A stretch of 64,000 nt of DNA from an uncultured Gemmatimonadales bacterium (GCA_963783305.1 CAWAMW010000002.1:96001-160000); one strand, 5' to 3'; shown: positions 9,565 to 18,663, numbered from the stretch's first letter. Notes: generated from the sequence alone by a model not told the origin. Translations and numbers: made by a program.

Positions 9565-11664
9565 CTACTCGACTTGGAAGGTCACGTCCAGTGATATCCA
9601 CACCGGGACCGCTTCGCCTCCATTCCGAGCCGGCTCGAAAGTCATCTGGCGACCGACTCGCAATGCCGCCGCATCCAGGGCGTCATAGCCGCTCGTTTCA
9701 TCGATGCGGACGTCCTGCACCGCACCATTCCGGTCGATGAAAATCCATATCTTGGCAGTCCCCCCGATGCCCGCGTCCCTGAGGACCGGCGGGTAGAGGT
9801 CGGTCAGCGCCTGCGACACATGCTCATGGTTCCGGAGCTCCGGCGGCCGTGTCATGGGCGTGAAGGCGGGCCCCGCCGCCTGGTCCCGCGACTCCCGCTC
9901 AGGCTCGACCCGATCCCTAGCGACCTCCTGATCCCGAACTCCGAGGCCATCCCTCAGGTGCCGCTCGCGCTCGACCACCCCCGAGGACTCGTTCGCCCGG
10001 TCCTCCACACCGCGGTGGCTGCGTCGCTCGTCGGTGACGGCAGTGGACTCGAACGTGATGTCCAGCGCCACCCAGACCGGCACCCTCTCCTCGCGATTGT
10101 ACGCGGGGGTGAATGCCATCATTCCAGCCACCTTCAGCGCGGCCTGGTCCAGTGCGTCGTGTCCGGCCGACTCCCTGATGAGCGCCCGGCGAACCAGGCC
10201 CTCCGGGTCGATCAGGAACCACACGCTCGCCGTACCGCCGATCCCGGCGTCCTTCAGCAGCGGCGGGTAGAACTGGTCCAGCGCCTCTCTCACCTCATCC
10301 GGGTTCAGCAGCTGCGGCCGGACCGTCATGGGCGTGAACGTCGGCTCTTCCGATATGTCCTCCGCCCTGGAGCCCTCGGACGACTCGGTGCGAACGTTCC
10401 CGCTCGAATCCGCCACAGCCTGCGACTTCAGCGGCCCCTCCGCCGCAGACGGCCCCTCCGCCGCGGCCAGCCGCTCCGCCACTGCCAGCCCCTCCGCCAG
10501 GCGACGGGCCCGTGCCTCCGCCGCCGGCAATGCGTCACCGGTCAGCAGCCAGAGGGTGCGGCAGTAGCCGGGCGGCTCCGTTCGCGGCTCCACACCCGGC
10601 GGTAGCGCTGAGAACATCCGGATCTCCACGTCGGAAAGCTCGAGCTCGTGGCCCTCGGCGTTCTCGATCCGGTCGCCGTTCAGGAGGATCACCGGGATGC
10701 AGTCGTTCTCGCTCCGGGGCCAATCCGTCAGGCTGGACAGGTCAGGCTCCGGTCGCTGCGGCGCCTGCACCGTGGTCGGGCCGGGAGTCTCGCACGCCAC
10801 CGCCACCACCAGCCCCGCAGCCAACCCCAGTCCCGCCGCCCACGCCGTCCGGCGGCCGCCCCTTCGATTCGTGATCATGCGGATCCTCCTCTCCAGCATG
10901 CTCCGCGACTCGGCGAGGGCGAGCCCCAGGTGCGCTTTCCGCTGGCCGACCGTGACGAGCAGCGATCCGTACCGCCGGGGGTCCGGCGCCCGCCGCAGGA
11001 CTCTCGCATCGCAGTCCATCTCCACCGCCAGACGTAGCCGCCGAAGCTGCCACCACAGCGGCAGGTTCCACGGCACGAGCGCGCACACGACCAGACCCGC
11101 CAGCGCCAGCTGCGGGTCCCGCGCCCGCACGTGCTCCGCCTCGTGCAGCACGAGAAGACGGCGCTGCGCTGCCGGGAGCGACAGCGCCCACTCCGGCACC
11201 ACGACCTGCCCCCGGAGCAGCCCCATCGCCGCGGGGCCGGTCTGCTTCGACACCCGCACGGCGACACCGTCCACCCGCCGCTCCGGCCAGTCACGAAGCC
11301 GCAACGCCAGCCTCAACGCCAACGTTGCACCGACCAGCAGGAGGAACCCCGAGACAGCCACCCACCCGACCAGCAGCAGCGTTTCAGGAGATATCCGACT
11401 CGCCGCCGACGTCCCGGGAGCGAGCGCCGGCAGAGTCTCCAGGACATAGGCCCCGGGAAACGCCGCCAGACCGGTCGACGCAGGCGCCTCCGACGCAGGC
11501 CAGAGCCACGCCACCAACGGCCCCAGCGTCGACCCGGTCAGAGCCATCGCCCATACCCACCGCCCGGGCCAGCGCTGCGCTCGCACACCCTGCTCCGCCA
11601 GCCACGCCGCCACGCTCACCAGCGCCGAGACCACCACCGCGTACGCCAGCCATTCCGTCATCAT
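9565..11664 (-). CDS. BlaR1/M56 metallopeptidase fused to two TonB C-terminal domains
   Basis: HEAEH zinc motif, EMDCD, LERRI; two repeats of FTPMT..P.L.N..YPP.L.DAGIGGTA. Confidence 0.88.
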   Translation of the reverse strand: MMTEWLAYAVVVSALVSVAAWLAEQGVRAQRWPGRWVWAMALTGSTLGPLVAWLWPASEAPASTGLAAFPGAYVLETLPALAPGTSAASRISPETLLLVGWVAVSGFLLLVGATLALRLALRLRDWPERRVDGVAVRVSKQTGPAAMGLLRGQVVVPEWALSLPAAQRRLLVLHEAEHVRARDPQLALAGLVVCALVPWNLPLWWQLRRLRLAVEMDCDARVLRRAPDPRRYGSLLVTVGQRKAHLGLALAESRSMLERRIRMITNRRGGRRTAWAAGLGLAAGLVVAVACETPGPTTVQAPQRPEPDLSSLTDWPRSENDCIPVILLNGDRIENAEGHELELSDVEIRMFSALPPGVEPRTEPPGYCRTLWLLTGDALPAAEARARRLAEGLAVAERLAAAEGPSAAEGPLKSQAVADSSGNVRTESSEGSRAEDISEEPTFTPMTVRPQLLNPDEVREALDQFYPPLLKDAGIGGTASVWFLIDPEGLVRRALIRESAGHDALDQAALKVAGMMAFTPAYNREERVPVWVALDITFESTAVTDERRSHRGVEDRANESSGVVERERHLRDGLGVRDQEVARDRVEPERESRDQAAGPAFTPMTRPPELRNHEHVSQALTDLYPPVLRDAGIGGTAKIWIFIDRNGAVQDVRIDETSGYDALDAAALRVGRQMTFEPARNGGEAVPVWISLDVTFQVE

Positions 11665-12029
11665 GACCCTTCCTCCAGCCGCTCATCCAGCAGCCGACGC
11701 ATCCGCTCCAGCTCCTCCTCGCCCAGCTGCCGGTCCGACACGAGCTGTGTAAGCAGCAGCTCCGCCGACCCCCCGAATACGCGGTCCAGCAGCCGCGTCA
11801 GACCCGTCGCGCCCGCCTCCTCCCGCTCCACCAGCGGATGGTACCGGTACGCTCGCCCCTCTTCCCTGTGCCCCACATGCCCCTTCTCCTCCAACGTGCG
11901 CAGCACGGTCAGCACCGTCGTGTACGCGAGCTCGTCCGAAAGCCGCTGCTGAACCTCAGCCACCGTCGCGTCGCCCCGCTCCCAAAGCACCGCCATCACG
12001 TCAAGCTCCCGATCCGTGAACCTCGCCAT
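11661..12029 (-). CDS. BlaI/MecI/CopY family transcriptional repressor
   Basis: RELDVMAVLW, LAYTTVLTVLRTLEEKG, RAYRY, FGGS; ATGA overlap with the M56 gene. Confidence 0.92.
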   Translation of the reverse strand: MARFTDRELDVMAVLWERGDATVAEVQQRLSDELAYTTVLTVLRTLEEKGHVGHREEGRAYRYHPLVEREEAGATGLTRLLDRVFGGSAELLLTQLVSDRQLGEEELERMRRLLDERLEEGS

Positions 12030-12080
12030 TTTCTCTTCCTCCTCCCGGATTCCACAGCGGCCTGTGGCGCCGCAGCCGAC

Positions 12081-12130
12081 CTACTACCGATATAGTAGAC
12101 AGGGACACCCCTGTCAACTACTTCGGTAGT
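12081..12130. promoter_or_regulatory. Probable BlaI operator(s) overlapping the blaI promoter
   Basis: Palindromes CTACTA-N6-TAGTAG (12081-12098) and ACTAC-TTCG-GTAGT (12117-12130); TTGACA on the minus strand at 12117-12112. Confidence 0.65.
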
Positions 12131-12236
12131 AACAAGGGCCCCGCCCCGGGTACGGCCAGGCATGGGAGTAGATAAACGACGAGCTAGCCGCCCTCGATGG
12201 ACGGTCGACGCTCGAGGATCTTCTACTGGACGCCCG

Positions 12237-12605
12237 CTACCCCCGCATCGCCGCCACCGCCAGCAGCGCCCATCCCGCCAGAAACGCCGTCCCGCCGATC
12301 GGCGTGATGGCCCCCAGCCACCGCGGCCCGCCCAGCCCCAGCGCGTAGACCGTCCCCGCGAAAATCACGATCCCGGCGACGAACAGCCACCCGGCCGCCG
12401 TGGTCAACCCGCCCGGCCACCGGGTCGTGGCCCAGGCCACGGCCAGCAGGCCGAGGGCATGGTACATCTGGTACTGCGCGCCCAGCTTGAACGTATCGAG
12501 CCGGTCGGGTGTGAGCCGCGCCTCGAGGGCGTGCGCCCCGAAGGCGCCCGCCGCCACGGCGAGGAAGGCGGCAATGGCTCCGAGCGCGAAGAAGAGTCGG
12601 GTCAT
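12237..12605 (-). CDS. DUF423 family small membrane protein
   Basis: GAFGAH, YQMYHAL, GAITPIGG motifs. Confidence 0.9.
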   Translation of the reverse strand: MTRLFFALGAIAAFLAVAAGAFGAHALEARLTPDRLDTFKLGAQYQMYHALGLLAVAWATTRWPGGLTTAAGWLFVAGIVIFAGTVYALGLGGPRWLGAITPIGGTAFLAGWALLAVAAMRG

Positions 12606-12755
12606 ATGGAGAGCGTGTGGCTGTGGTGAACGAGGGCGAGACCGTCGCCGCGCCTCGGATCCTCAAGCTCCGCAGACCCGCGAGGGCGCGCAACTCTCCC
12701 GCGTCATCGCCACCGCCCCCGGGAACCGCGCCCCTCCTCCGGTGTCTCACCCCCC

Positions 12756-13889
12756 ATGCGCGCCCAATGGAGCCGACGGATCCTGCTGGTCGCCGGGCTG
12801 GCCATCCTGGTCGGCTCGGCAATGTTCTGTTCGCCCGGCTACATCGTGCGGGCGGGGATCGAGGAAGCGAAGATCCTGGGGCGTCGCCAGCCCATCGACG
12901 CGGTGATTGCCGCCCCTGGCACCGACGCCGCCACGCGCTCGAAGCTGGAGCTGGTGCGCAGCGTGCGCGCGTTCGCCGACCGCGAGCTCGCCCTCGACGT
13001 GGGCAACAGCTATACCGCCTTCTCGCGGGTGGACCGAGACACGCTGCTCCTCGTACTGACCGCCGCGCCGAAGACGTCGTTCACCCCCTACACCTGGTGG
13101 TTTCCCGTCGTCGGCCGCGTCCCCTACAAGGGATTCTTCGACCCCGACGACGCCCTCGCCGCCGCCCGCTCCCTCGACGAGCAGGGCTACGACACCGCCG
13201 TCCGCCCCTCCGGCGCGTTCAGCACCCTCGGCTGGTTCAACGACCCGCTCCTCAGCACCATCCTCCGCTACGACGACGTCGCCCTCGCCTCCACCGTCAT
13301 CCACGAGGTCACCCACAACACCACATTCATCGAGGGGCGGGTGGCCTTCAACGAGAGCTTCGCCAGCTTCGTGGGTGATGTGGGTGCCGCCGAGTACTTC
13401 TGCCGCGTCGAGGACGAGGCCGGCGAGCGCTGTCGCCTCGCCCGCGCGCGTTGGGACGACGACCGCCTCTTCGGTCGCGCACTCCAGCGCCTGATAGCCG
13501 CGCTCACCAACATCTACGAAGACCCCGGGCTCTCCCGCGAGGAGAAGATCCAGCGCCGCCAGGAGATTGTCCGCCGCTGGCGCGACGGCTACGAGCGCGA
13601 AGTAGTCCCCCAGCTCCAGGTCGCCCACCGCACCTTCCATCAGCTTCCGATCAACAACGCCTCCCTCATGGGACTCCGGCTCTATTACGATCGCCTGGAT
13701 GTCTTCGACCAGGTCTACCACGACCTCGGCGTCCCGTTCGAGGAAGCGGTCGCCCGGATGGTCGAAGCCGCGGAGTCGTCGCCCGATTCCCCCTTCGATG
13801 CCGTCCAGCGGTTGGCCGATCCCGACCCGTCCTCTATACTTCCTGATTCCCCCGCCACCATAACGGCGCGGGAGGGCCGTGATCCGTAG
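12756..13889 (+). CDS. Putative zinc aminopeptidase, exported
   Basis: WWFPVVGRVPYKGFF, AFSTLGWFNDP, HEVTH..FNESFA. Confidence 0.85.
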   Translation: MRAQWSRRILLVAGLAILVGSAMFCSPGYIVRAGIEEAKILGRRQPIDAVIAAPGTDAATRSKLELVRSVRAFADRELALDVGNSYTAFSRVDRDTLLLVLTAAPKTSFTPYTWWFPVVGRVPYKGFFDPDDALAAARSLDEQGYDTAVRPSGAFSTLGWFNDPLLSTILRYDDVALASTVIHEVTHNTTFIEGRVAFNESFASFVGDVGAAEYFCRVEDEAGERCRLARARWDDDRLFGRALQRLIAALTNIYEDPGLSREEKIQRRQEIVRRWRDGYEREVVPQLQVAHRTFHQLPINNASLMGLRLYYDRLDVFDQVYHDLGVPFEEAVARMVEAAESSPDSPFDAVQRLADPDPSSILPDSPATITAREGRDP

Positions 13890-13911
13890 TGCTGTATCAT
13901 GTGCGCCGTGC

Positions 13912-13995
13912 TCTGTAATCCGTTGTCTGTAATCTGTAATCTGTAATCTGTAATCTGTAATCCGTTGTCTGTAGTCTGTAATCCGTATTCTGAGA
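13912..13995. repeat. Tandem heptamer repeat (consensus TCTGTAA, about 12 units)
   Basis: Five perfect TCTGTAA units at 13926-13960 flanked by in-register variants TCCGTTG, TCTGTAG, TCCGTAT. Confidence 0.95.
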
Positions 13996-14014
13996 TCCTC
14001 CATATCCGGTCGTA

Positions 14015-16516
14015 ATGTCAGACAGCTACCGTCCGTCCGAGCTCGAACACGAATGGCAGGCCCGCTGGGCCGAGGAAGGCACCAACACCCTGAGCGAGGA
14101 CACGCTCCGGGACGCCGAGCAGCCGTTCTACAACCTCATGATGTTCCCCTACCCCTCCGCCGAGGGGCTCCACGTGGGGAACATCTACGCCTTCACGGGC
14201 GCGGACGTGTACGGTCGCTACCAGCGGCTCCGCGGTCACACGGTTTTCGAGCCCATTGGCTTCGACGCCTTCGGGATCCACAGCGAGAACTTCGCGCTGA
14301 AGCACGGCACCCACCCCATGGAGTTGATCCCGAGCAACGTGGCCAACTTCACCCGTCAGCTGAAGCGGACGGGGGCCATGTACGACTGGGACCACGCGGT
14401 GAACACCACCGACCCCGAGTACTACAAGTGGACGCAGTGGATCTTCCTCAAGCTCTACGAGGCCGGTCTCGCGGAGAAGAAGGAGGCGCCCGTCAACTGG
14501 TGCCCCGGCTGCAACACGGTGCTGGCCAACGAGCAGGTCATCGCCGGCGAGTGCGAGCGTTGCGGCACCGCCGTGGAGCAGCGCTTCCTCTCCCAGTGGT
14601 TCTTCCGGATCACCGAGTACGCGCAGCGCCTCCTCGAGAACCTGGACTGGATCGACTGGTCGGAGACCACGAAGAAGGCGCAAAGGAACTGGATCGGGAA
14701 GAGCGAGGGCGCCATGGTCTCCTTCCCCATCTCCCGCCCCAAGATCGCGCCCGACGAGCACGAGAAGGTTCAGGTCCGGGACGGGAAGCCGGTCATCGAG
14801 GTGTTCACCACCCGCCCCGACACGCTCTATGGCGCCACCTTCATGGTGCTCGCGCCCGAGCATCCGGCCGTGGAAGGGCTCACGACCGATGAACAACGGG
14901 ACGAAGTGGAGACGTACCGCCGTCGCGCTGCCGCCATGGACCTGGTCGCCCGCAAGAAGACCGACAAGGAGAAGACGGGCGTCTTCACCGGCGGCTTCGC
15001 TACCAACCCCGCCACGGGCGAGGAGGTGCCCGTCTGGATCGCCGACTACGTCCTCATGGAGTACGGCACCGGCGCCATCATGGCCGTCCCCGGCCACGAC
15101 GACCGCGACTTCGAGTTCGCGCAGAAGTTCGCGCTCCCCATCGTGCGTGTGGTCGCCGGCGCGGGCGAGGACGGGACAACGCCGCTGGAGCAGGCCTTCA
15201 TCAGCGATGAGGGGATGCTGGTGAACTCCGACCGCTTCGACGGCATGCCCTGGCGCGAGGCAAAAAAGGCCATCACCGCCTGGCTCGCCGAGCGGAACCT
15301 GGGTGAGGAGCGCATCAACTACCGGCTCCACGACTGGTGCATCTCCCGGCAGCGCTACTGGGGCCCGCCCATCCCCATCATCTACTGCGACGACTGCGGC
15401 ACCGTCCCCGTCCCGGCAGCAGACCTCCCGGTGGTCCTCCCCCACGTCGAGGACTACAAGCCGGACGCCAGCGGGATCAGCCCCCTCGAGCGCGTCGAGG
15501 AGTGGTACACCGTGGAGTGCCCGGCCTGCGGCGGGAAGGGCCGTCGCGAGACCGATGTCAGCGACACGTTCCTCGACAGCTCCTGGTACTTCCTCCGATA
15601 CCCGTCCACCGCGTTCGACGACACCGCGTTCGACAGCGAGCGCACGCGGCGCTGGCTGCCCGTGGACATGTACATCGGCGGCGAGGAGCACAGCGTGCTC
15701 CACCTGCTCTATTCCCGCTTCATCACCATGGTCCTCCACGACCAGGGGCTCCTGGACTTCGAGGAGCCCTACGACAGGTTCCGCAAACACGGCCTGATCG
15801 TGAAGGAGGGCTCCAAGATGTCGAAGTCCCGGGGCAACGTGGTCGTCCCCGACGAGTACATCGAGGAGTGGGGCGCGGATACGTTCCGCACCTACCTCAT
15901 GTTCCTCGGCCCGTACCAGGAGGGGGGCGATTTCCGCGACCAGGGGCTGAGCGGACCCGGCGGCTTCTACAGCCGTCTATGGGACACCATCGTACGCGAT
16001 GGCCTCGGCGACGAGCCCGTCACCGGCGACCTCGAGCGGAAGCTCCACGCCACCATCCGCAAGGTCACCGACGACCTCGCCAATCTCAGCTACAACACCG
16101 CCATCGCCGCCATGATGGAGTACCTGAACGCTGTGCGGGAAGGGGGTCGGTCGGCGAGCCGCGCGGAGGTCGAGACACTCGTCGTCCTGTGCGCCCCGTT
16201 CGGCCCCCATATCGCCGAAGAGCTCTGGCGCCGCCTGGGCCACGACACGCCCCTGTTCGCGAAGCAGACGACCGCCGGGAACCCCGTCCTCTGGCCGGAA
16301 TACGACGCGGGCAAGGCCACGGCCGACACCATCGAGTTCGTGGTACAGGTCAACGGGAAGCTGCGCGCGCGCATGCAGATGGACCGCGGCATCGACCAGG
16401 ACTCCGCCCGACAGGCCGCCCTCGCCGATGACAACGTCGCGCGCCAGCTCGACGGCCGGGAGATCCGGAAGGTCATTTTCGTCCCCGACCGCCTGCTGAA
16501 CCTGGTGGTGGGGTAG
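14015..16516 (+). CDS. leuS: Leucine--tRNA ligase
   Basis: MFPYPS..LHVGN (HIGH-like), FTTRPDT editing domain, KMSKS, VQVNGKLR C-terminus. Confidence 0.98.
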   Translation: MSDSYRPSELEHEWQARWAEEGTNTLSEDTLRDAEQPFYNLMMFPYPSAEGLHVGNIYAFTGADVYGRYQRLRGHTVFEPIGFDAFGIHSENFALKHGTHPMELIPSNVANFTRQLKRTGAMYDWDHAVNTTDPEYYKWTQWIFLKLYEAGLAEKKEAPVNWCPGCNTVLANEQVIAGECERCGTAVEQRFLSQWFFRITEYAQRLLENLDWIDWSETTKKAQRNWIGKSEGAMVSFPISRPKIAPDEHEKVQVRDGKPVIEVFTTRPDTLYGATFMVLAPEHPAVEGLTTDEQRDEVETYRRRAAAMDLVARKKTDKEKTGVFTGGFATNPATGEEVPVWIADYVLMEYGTGAIMAVPGHDDRDFEFAQKFALPIVRVVAGAGEDGTTPLEQAFISDEGMLVNSDRFDGMPWREAKKAITAWLAERNLGEERINYRLHDWCISRQRYWGPPIPIIYCDDCGTVPVPAADLPVVLPHVEDYKPDASGISPLERVEEWYTVECPACGGKGRRETDVSDTFLDSSWYFLRYPSTAFDDTAFDSERTRRWLPVDMYIGGEEHSVLHLLYSRFITMVLHDQGLLDFEEPYDRFRKHGLIVKEGSKMSKSRGNVVVPDEYIEEWGADTFRTYLMFLGPYQEGGDFRDQGLSGPGGFYSRLWDTIVRDGLGDEPVTGDLERKLHATIRKVTDDLANLSYNTAIAAMMEYLNAVREGGRSASRAEVETLVVLCAPFGPHIAEELWRRLGHDTPLFAKQTTAGNPVLWPEYDAGKATADTIEFVVQVNGKLRARMQMDRGIDQDSARQAALADDNVARQLDGREIRKVIFVPDRLLNLVVG

Positions 16517-16594
16517 GAGGGAGGGTTCGCTCCGTGCGTGTTCCTGACGGACGCGGGCGCGCGAATAGCGGCCCTCATGGTTCCGCCGGCTCCT

Positions 16595-16750
16595 TCGACG
16601 CCGCGCTCCGCGCCGTCGCTCCCGCCCGGAGCGCGAGCGACCGACCCCCGCGAAGCGGGTCCTCCAGAGAGCGTAGCGACCGCCGAGGATCGACCCCCGC
16701 GCCAGCGGGTCGCGGAGGTCGCGAAGCGACCGCAGGGATCGACCTTCGGG
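16595..16750. repeat. GC-rich palindromic intergenic repeat, related to 57865-57955
   Basis: GATCGACCCCCGCGCCAGCGGGTC (16688-16711) matches the reverse complement of 57886-57910 with one indel; flanking blocks also shared. Confidence 0.7.
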
Positions 16751-16777
16751 GAGTGCAGAACTCGCTCCAAAGTGGGG

Positions 16778-16806
16778 TTGACACCCCCCGGGCCTCTTAC
16801 TAGCTT
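16778..16806 (+). promoter_or_regulatory. Sigma70-type promoter of the tRNA cluster
   Basis: TTGACA, 17 bp spacer, TAGCTT, 10 nt upstream of tRNA-fMet. Confidence 0.8.
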
Positions 16807-16816
16807 ATCGGTCTGA

Positions 16817-16890
16817 CGCGGGGTGGAGCAGTCTGGTAGCTCGCCGGGCTCATAACCCGGAGGTCGCAGGTTCAAATCCTGCCCCCGCTA
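16817..16890 (+). tRNA. tRNA-fMet (CAT), initiator
   Basis: 5' CGCGGGG with unpaired first position, GGG/CCC anticodon stem, CTCATAA loop. Confidence 0.95.
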
Positions 16891-16908
16891 TTTGGTGAAG
16901 GTCGAAAG

Positions 16909-16948
16909 GCCCGCCCGCCCAAGTCCGACACGCTGGGGCGGGTTTTTC
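16909..16948 (+). terminator. Possible internal intrinsic terminator after tRNA-fMet
   Basis: CCCGCCC...GGGCGGG stem followed by TTTTT. Confidence 0.5.
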
Positions 16949-16996
16949 GTCGAAAGACGGGAGCCGGAAGACCCTACAACCTGGGTGTGTGTGCGG

Positions 16997-17069
16997 GGCC
17001 AGGTAGCTCAGTTGGTAGAGCACGCGACTGAAAATCGCGGTGTCGGCGGTTCGACTCCGCCCCTGGCCA
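16997..17069 (+). tRNA. tRNA-Phe (GAA)
   Basis: Cloverleaf, loop CTGAAAA. Confidence 0.95.
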
Positions 17070-17075
17070 TGTTGA

Positions 17076-17148
17076 AGGTCCGTAGCTCAACTGGCAGAGC
17101 ACCGGTCTCCAAAACCGGCGGTTGAAGGTTCGAGTCCTTCCGGGCCTG
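17076..17148 (+). tRNA. tRNA-Trp (CCA)
   Basis: Cloverleaf, loop CTCCAAA. Confidence 0.95.
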
Positions 17149-17209
17149 TACGTTGTTTGAAAAAGGACGGCAGAAGAACGTCGCGCGCGTACTGCGCGAG
17201 ATGGATTTT

Positions 17210-17282
17210 GCCCCCATCGTCTAGTGGCCTAGGATATCTGGTTCTCAGCCAGAAGACGGGGGTTCGATTCCCCCTGGGGGTA
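17210..17282 (+). tRNA. tRNA-Glu (CTC)
   Basis: Cloverleaf, loop TTCTCAG. Confidence 0.93.
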
Positions 17283-17313
17283 CTGAGAGAGGCTGACGGT
17301 TCGTGAGGATGAA

Positions 17314-17385
17314 GCCCTCATCGTCTAACGGCTAGGACGCCAGCCTTTCAAGCTGGTAATCGGGGTTCGATTCCCCGTGGGGGCA
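17314..17385 (+). tRNA. tRNA-Glu (TTC)
   Basis: Cloverleaf, loop CTTTCAA. Confidence 0.93.
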
Positions 17386-17440
17386 TCAGGATTCTCAGGT
17401 CCTGGATTTCAGGTCTTGAGGTAGGGTGAGCGGGATGTGT

Positions 17441-17513
17441 GCGGGCGTAGCTCAGTTGGTAGAGCGTCTGCTTGCCATGCAGAAGGTCGCCGGTTCGAGT
17501 CCGGTCGCCCGCT
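17441..17513 (+). tRNA. tRNA-Gly (GCC)
   Basis: Cloverleaf, loop TTGCCAT. Confidence 0.95.
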
Positions 17514-17517
17514 TGCT

Positions 17518-17592
17518 GGGGCTGTAGCTCAGTCTGGTTAGAGTGCCGGTCTGTCACACCGGAGGTCGCGGGTTCGAGTCCCGTCAGCCCCG
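17518..17592 (+). tRNA. tRNA-Asp (GTC)
   Basis: Cloverleaf, loop CTGTCAC. Confidence 0.95.
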
Positions 17593-17852
17593 CTGAGCTG
17601 TTTGAAAAACGAGGTGCGGAAACGTGCAGGAAGGCGACGGCGAAACCGCAGGTGCGGACGTCGGCGCTGGATGGCCGCTTCGTGAGTGCGTGGATGGCCC
17701 GGTCGGGATGACCGGGTCGACAGTCGCCCTCGAACAGGTTCGAGGAGTGGTGTGCACCCCGAACGAGTGGTCGTACGAAGGACCGGCCGCGCTCGGCGCT
17801 GTTCAAGAGGTGGCCATACAATGACCGGCTTTGCGCCGATTGATTGGATTGA

Positions 17853-17925
17853 GGGGCTGTAGCTCAGTTGGGAGAGCGCCTGAATGGCATTCAGGAGGTC
17901 AGGGGTTCGATTCCCCTCAGCTCCA
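17853..17925 (+). tRNA. tRNA-Ala (GGC)
   Basis: Cloverleaf, GGGGCTG acceptor with G3:U70, anticodon GGC. Confidence 0.95.
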
Positions 17926-17984
17926 TTGCTGAGAGATGGCTGTACATAGATCTTCAGCTCTCAGATCTTGTTGCTGTTGCTATG

Positions 17985-18068
17985 GCTCGGATGGCGGAAT
18001 TGGTAGACGCGCATGGTTCAGGACCATGTGGGGGCAACCCCGTGGAGGTTCAAATCCTCTTCCGAGCA
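17985..18068 (+). tRNA. tRNA-Leu (CAG)
   Basis: Long variable arm, loop TTCAGGA. Confidence 0.95.
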
Positions 18069-18082
18069 CTGCGTTATGTTGG

Positions 18083-18166
18083 GCCCACGTGCTGAAATTG
18101 GTAGACAGGCTGGTTTGAGGGACCAGTGCCGGAAACGGCGTACAGGTTCGAGTCCTGTCGTGGGCA
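18083..18166 (+). tRNA. tRNA-Leu (GAG)
   Basis: Long variable arm, loop TTGAGGG. Confidence 0.93.
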
Positions 18167-18168
18167 TC

Positions 18169-18252
18169 GGTGGGGTACCGAAGCGGCCAAACGGGGCAGA
18201 CTGTAAATCTGCTGGGCCACGCCCTACGAAGGTTCGAATCCTTCCCCCACCA
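18169..18252 (+). tRNA. tRNA-Tyr (GTA)
   Basis: Long variable arm, loop CTGTAAA. Confidence 0.95.
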
Positions 18253-18260
18253 TCGAGAGA

Positions 18261-18335
18261 GGGCGCGTAGCTCAGCCTGGTTAGAGCGCTACGTTGACAT
18301 CGTAGAGGTCAGAGGTTCGAGTCCTCTCGCGCCCA
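18261..18335 (+). tRNA. tRNA-Val (GAC)
   Basis: Cloverleaf, loop TTGACAT. Confidence 0.95.
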
Positions 18336-18408
18336 CTTGGAATCGCGGATCGGGGTCACGGCTCTCGACGCTGGTTCCGGGGTAACTCAGAAATGTGCGA
18401 GCAGCATC

Positions 18409-18482
<74 letters not shown>

Positions 18483-18507
18483 TCCACCCGCCTCGGCGGG
18501 TGGTTTC

Positions 18508-18580
18508 GCCACCATAGCTCAGCTGGTAGAGCACGTCATTCGTAATGACGGGGTCCGCGGTTCAAATCCGCGTGGTGGCT
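18508..18580 (+). tRNA. tRNA-Thr (CGT)
   Basis: Cloverleaf, loop TTCGTAA. Confidence 0.95.
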
Positions 18581-18590
18581 CTGCGGAGAT

Positions 18591-18663
18591 GCGGGCGTAG
18601 CTCAGTTGGTAGAGCATCAGCTTCCCAAGCTGAGGGTCGCCGGTTCGAGTCCGGTCGCCCGCT
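18591..18663 (+). tRNA. tRNA-Gly (CCC)
   Basis: Cloverleaf, loop TTCCCAA. Confidence 0.95.

Noticed and set aside
13912..13995. CRISPR array
   Set aside because: Contiguous 7-mers with no unique spacers and no cas genes
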